A stretch of 64,000 nt of DNA from Candidatus Poribacteria bacterium (GTDB taxonomy: Bacteria > Poribacteria > WGA-4E > PCPOR2b): contig OZ244587.1 in NCBI GenBank assembly GCA_965218095.1, positions 1,632,001 to 1,696,000 of the forward strand, read 5' to 3'. The translations under genes were made by a program, and so were the position numbers. The notes under the pieces are model-generated. The model saw only the letters and a list, made by a program, of their open reading frames with translations. It made no database searches and was not told the origin of the DNA. Below, in pieces: positions 61,521 to 64,000 of this stretch (within the stretch, counting starts at the first letter, position 1; each line of letters starts with the position of its first letter).

Positions 61521-62487
61521 ACTTTCGGGCGTCTGCAAGACGTTCCGACAAAAGCAGCGTTCTGAACGGTTGAGGGATGTCCTTCACAATCTGTTTCGTC
61601 CGCAGATTCGTGAGGTTCATGCGTTGCGCGATGTCAACCTACGCATTCGGCGCGGGGAGATTGTCGCCTATGCGGGCCCCAATGGCGCGGGGAAAAGCTC
61701 GACGGTGAAAATCCTATCGAGTCTGTTGGTCCCTGACGCAGGAACAGCCTGTGTTTTAGGAATGGATCCGGCGCGTGATCGGGTCCGCTATGTCGGCAGG
61801 ATTGGTGTGGTGTTTGGTCAGCGGACGGAGCTTTGGTGGGATCAGCCAATTGCATCGAGTTTCGAGTGGAAGCGTGTGGTGTGGAACATCCCGCGAGATC
61901 GCTACAATCGAATGCTCGATCTTGTGAAGGAGTTGTTGGGATTGGGTGAACTCTTCAACAGCTTAGCCCGCGAACTGAGTTTGGGTCAACGGATGCGTGC
62001 AGATCTCGGGCTAGCGCTGCTGCATGAGCCGGAGATCCTCTTCCTCGACGAACCAACAATTGGTGTGGATGTGCTGGTAAAGCGCAATATCCTTGAATTT
62101 ATCAAAGACCTCAACCGGGAACAAAGCGTCACAGTCATGCTGACGAGTCACGATATGTCGGAGCTTGAACAACTCGCTGGGCGGATTGTCCTGATAGATC
62201 GCGGCCAAATCACGTTTGACGGCGATTTTGATCGGCTTCGGCGTGAATTCGGCGATCGCCGTCGCCTGCTGATTGAAACGGTGGATGCTTTCCCACCGGA
62301 TCTGAAAGGCGCAGCCCTGATCAAGAGCAAAGCGAACCGGCACAATTACATCTTTGACGCATCTCAGGTGAAGATTCCTGTTTTGTTAGAGCAGGCAGCA
62401 GCACAAACGCAGATCTTGGATGTTGAAACGCACCGGGCATCGATTGACGATGTGATTGCGGATATTTATGAAAAGTGGCAGAAGTGA
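61471..62487 (+). CDS. ABC transporter ATP-binding protein
   Basis: GPNGAGKS, VFGQRTELWWD, LSLGQRMR, LDEPT. Confidence 0.95.
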   Translation: MVKPDHNDTSDSDIVIELSGVCKTFRQKQRSERLRDVLHNLFRPQIREVHALRDVNLRIRRGEIVAYAGPNGAGKSSTVKILSSLLVPDAGTACVLGMDPARDRVRYVGRIGVVFGQRTELWWDQPIASSFEWKRVVWNIPRDRYNRMLDLVKELLGLGELFNSLARELSLGQRMRADLGLALLHEPEILFLDEPTIGVDVLVKRNILEFIKDLNREQSVTVMLTSHDMSELEQLAGRIVLIDRGQITFDGDFDRLRREFGDRRRLLIETVDAFPPDLKGAALIKSKANRHNYIFDASQVKIPVLLEQAAAQTQILDVETHRASIDDVIADIYEKWQK

Positions 62488-62579
62488 AAGTCTTTTAATT
62501 TTTAGCGAAGAATTCGGCTGTAACTTGGTTTTACATATCAGCGGAAGCAATGATGGTCCCATGAGATTTGGAGGACAGG

Positions 62580-62765
62580 ATGGCGGCGGTTAGAACCTTT
62601 GGACGATACTCTACCTTGGGGGAGATGAAGGCGTATTACAATCGAGATGACGTACTGGCTTTCCTGTACGAAGAATGTCAGTTGCGAAATGTTTACGCGA
62701 TCTTTCAGTACAACAAATGGAAGATCGCAGGGTTTCCAAAGGTCAGCCCCAATCGATTGATGTGA
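62580..62765 (+). pseudogene. Short probable gene remnant
   Basis: GGAGG/AGGA RBS, YYNRDDVLAFLYEEC then loses coherence. Confidence 0.35.
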
Positions 62766-63168
62766 TAGTCACCAAAACCTCTGGAAAATTGAGGATTCTG
62801 TCTTGGATTAACGGTTTTCTCACCCTGCAAGACGAAGCCCCTGTGAGCGAGGACCAGCCCGCCGTTGACGCCATTCATCGTTGGGTCGAGACAGAATATG
62901 CCAACGGTAGAGAAGAGTCCATTTCCGAAGAAGAAATGGTGATACAGGGCATGACACGTCTGGGAAGTAACGAGTAATAGCGTCATGAGTAAAGAATAGA
63001 CCGAATCTTCACTCATGATTTATTACGTTTTACGCATTACGAAAGAGCTTTCTCAGAAAGCCCATCCGAAATGGGGGACTGCCATCATTTGGCAGGCCTC
63101 TGAATCCAGTGATTTCAGGCTTTCCGAGTTTCTGAGAGAGCTCACGAAATCGAAAGGAGGATTGAAAA

Positions 63169-63670
63169 ATGAAGTGTAATGATGTCCGTGAAAAATTTGT
63201 CGCCTATATTGATGGCGAACTTTCATCAATGGGAAGGCATGCAATCAAGGCGCATCTCGGTAATTGTAAGGAGTGTGCTACCGAATGCGAAAAACTGAGA
63301 GAAGCAGTCGAATCGATCCATCAGGCAGCGCCTATCCAACCCGCAGAAGATTGGTGGGAGAAATTGCGGGAACGGATTCATGTGACCGAATCCGACGTTG
63401 TGTCTGAACTCCGTGAACTGCGTGAATCTGTTGTGCGTCTGGAAGATCGGGTGGATGGCAGCGAGTCAGGTCAGACAGGCGAAAGAGATTATAACACTGG
63501 AAGAGGTCGCCGCTTATGTTCAAATCGCGCCTGACACAATGTGGAAACTGCTCGACGAAATTCCTCACTTCTAGGTAGGTTATGAACTACGGTTCAAGAA
63601 ATCCAGCGTTGATGCGTATGAAGGAGAATGGGAGTCACGGCGATTCATTCTAGTGAACTGGCTGGATTGA
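63169..63670 (+). pseudogene. zf-HC2 anti-sigma-type zinc finger fused to excisionase-like HTH, disrupted
   Basis: C..VRE...YIDGEL...HLGNCKEC; after frameshift near 63470 EIITLEEVAAYVQI...IPHF*VGYELRFKKSSVDAY. Confidence 0.7.
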
Positions 63671-64000
63671 CTGGGGCAGCTTGAACAGCAATACAAGATG
63701 CAAAATACAGGATACAAGATGGAAGTGAATCTTACATCCTGAATCCTTCTCACGCTGGGCGGAATCAATCTCTTCGACATCACTTTTCTTTTGTGCCTTT
63801 GCGCCCTGGTGGTTTTGAGAAAATCTGGATGGTTTTCTCATTTTTCGTTCAAATCAAGATCAAAAACCCCTGTATCCTCCGAGGCTTCTTCTTGAGTCTG
63901 ACTTTCGGCCTGTTTTGCTTGTTCAGCCGTGACAGCTTGTTCAGGGGAAGTCTCCAGTTTGGGAGACCGCCCGCCGAGGATGGTAAGCAGGACGATTAGC

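Noticed and set aside
24534-63574. In-frame TAG codons in three genes suggesting amber recoding
   Set aside because: Each gene has other lesions (frameshift or truncation), intact genes here end in TAG (18950, 50048), and CAG>TAG is a common mutation

Overview
A 64-kb bacterial genomic window with no rRNA, tRNA or CRISPR array that I can see. The gene content strongly resembles Candidatus Poribacteria (sponge symbionts), though this taxonomy is an inference. It includes 9 PhyH-type Fe(II)/2-oxoglutarate dioxygenase genes, SDRs, luciferase-like monooxygenases, BNR/sialidase-type and GH127 glycosidases, WD40 and LRR eukaryote-like repeat proteins with dockerin/FlgD-type tails, and ABC transporters. 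Mobile DNA: (1) a complete 2,211-bp IS1595-family element (35068-37278) with an 8-bp TSD, inward-facing promoters in both ends and three passenger ORFs; (2) a complete 820-bp IS5-family element with an A8 frameshift site; (3) a 129-bp MITE; (4) two direct copies of a ~230-bp highly structured MITE that bracket a 1,210-aa metalloprotease-WD40-LRR gene. The target-site duplications of these two copies are swapped. That is the pattern expected if a gene-carrying circle integrated by MITE x MITE recombination into a palindromic target; a misassembly could also produce it. Many REP-like hairpins and many truncated or frameshifted genes point to ongoing erosion or amplification chimeras. All product calls come from motif recognition by eye; no database searches were run.
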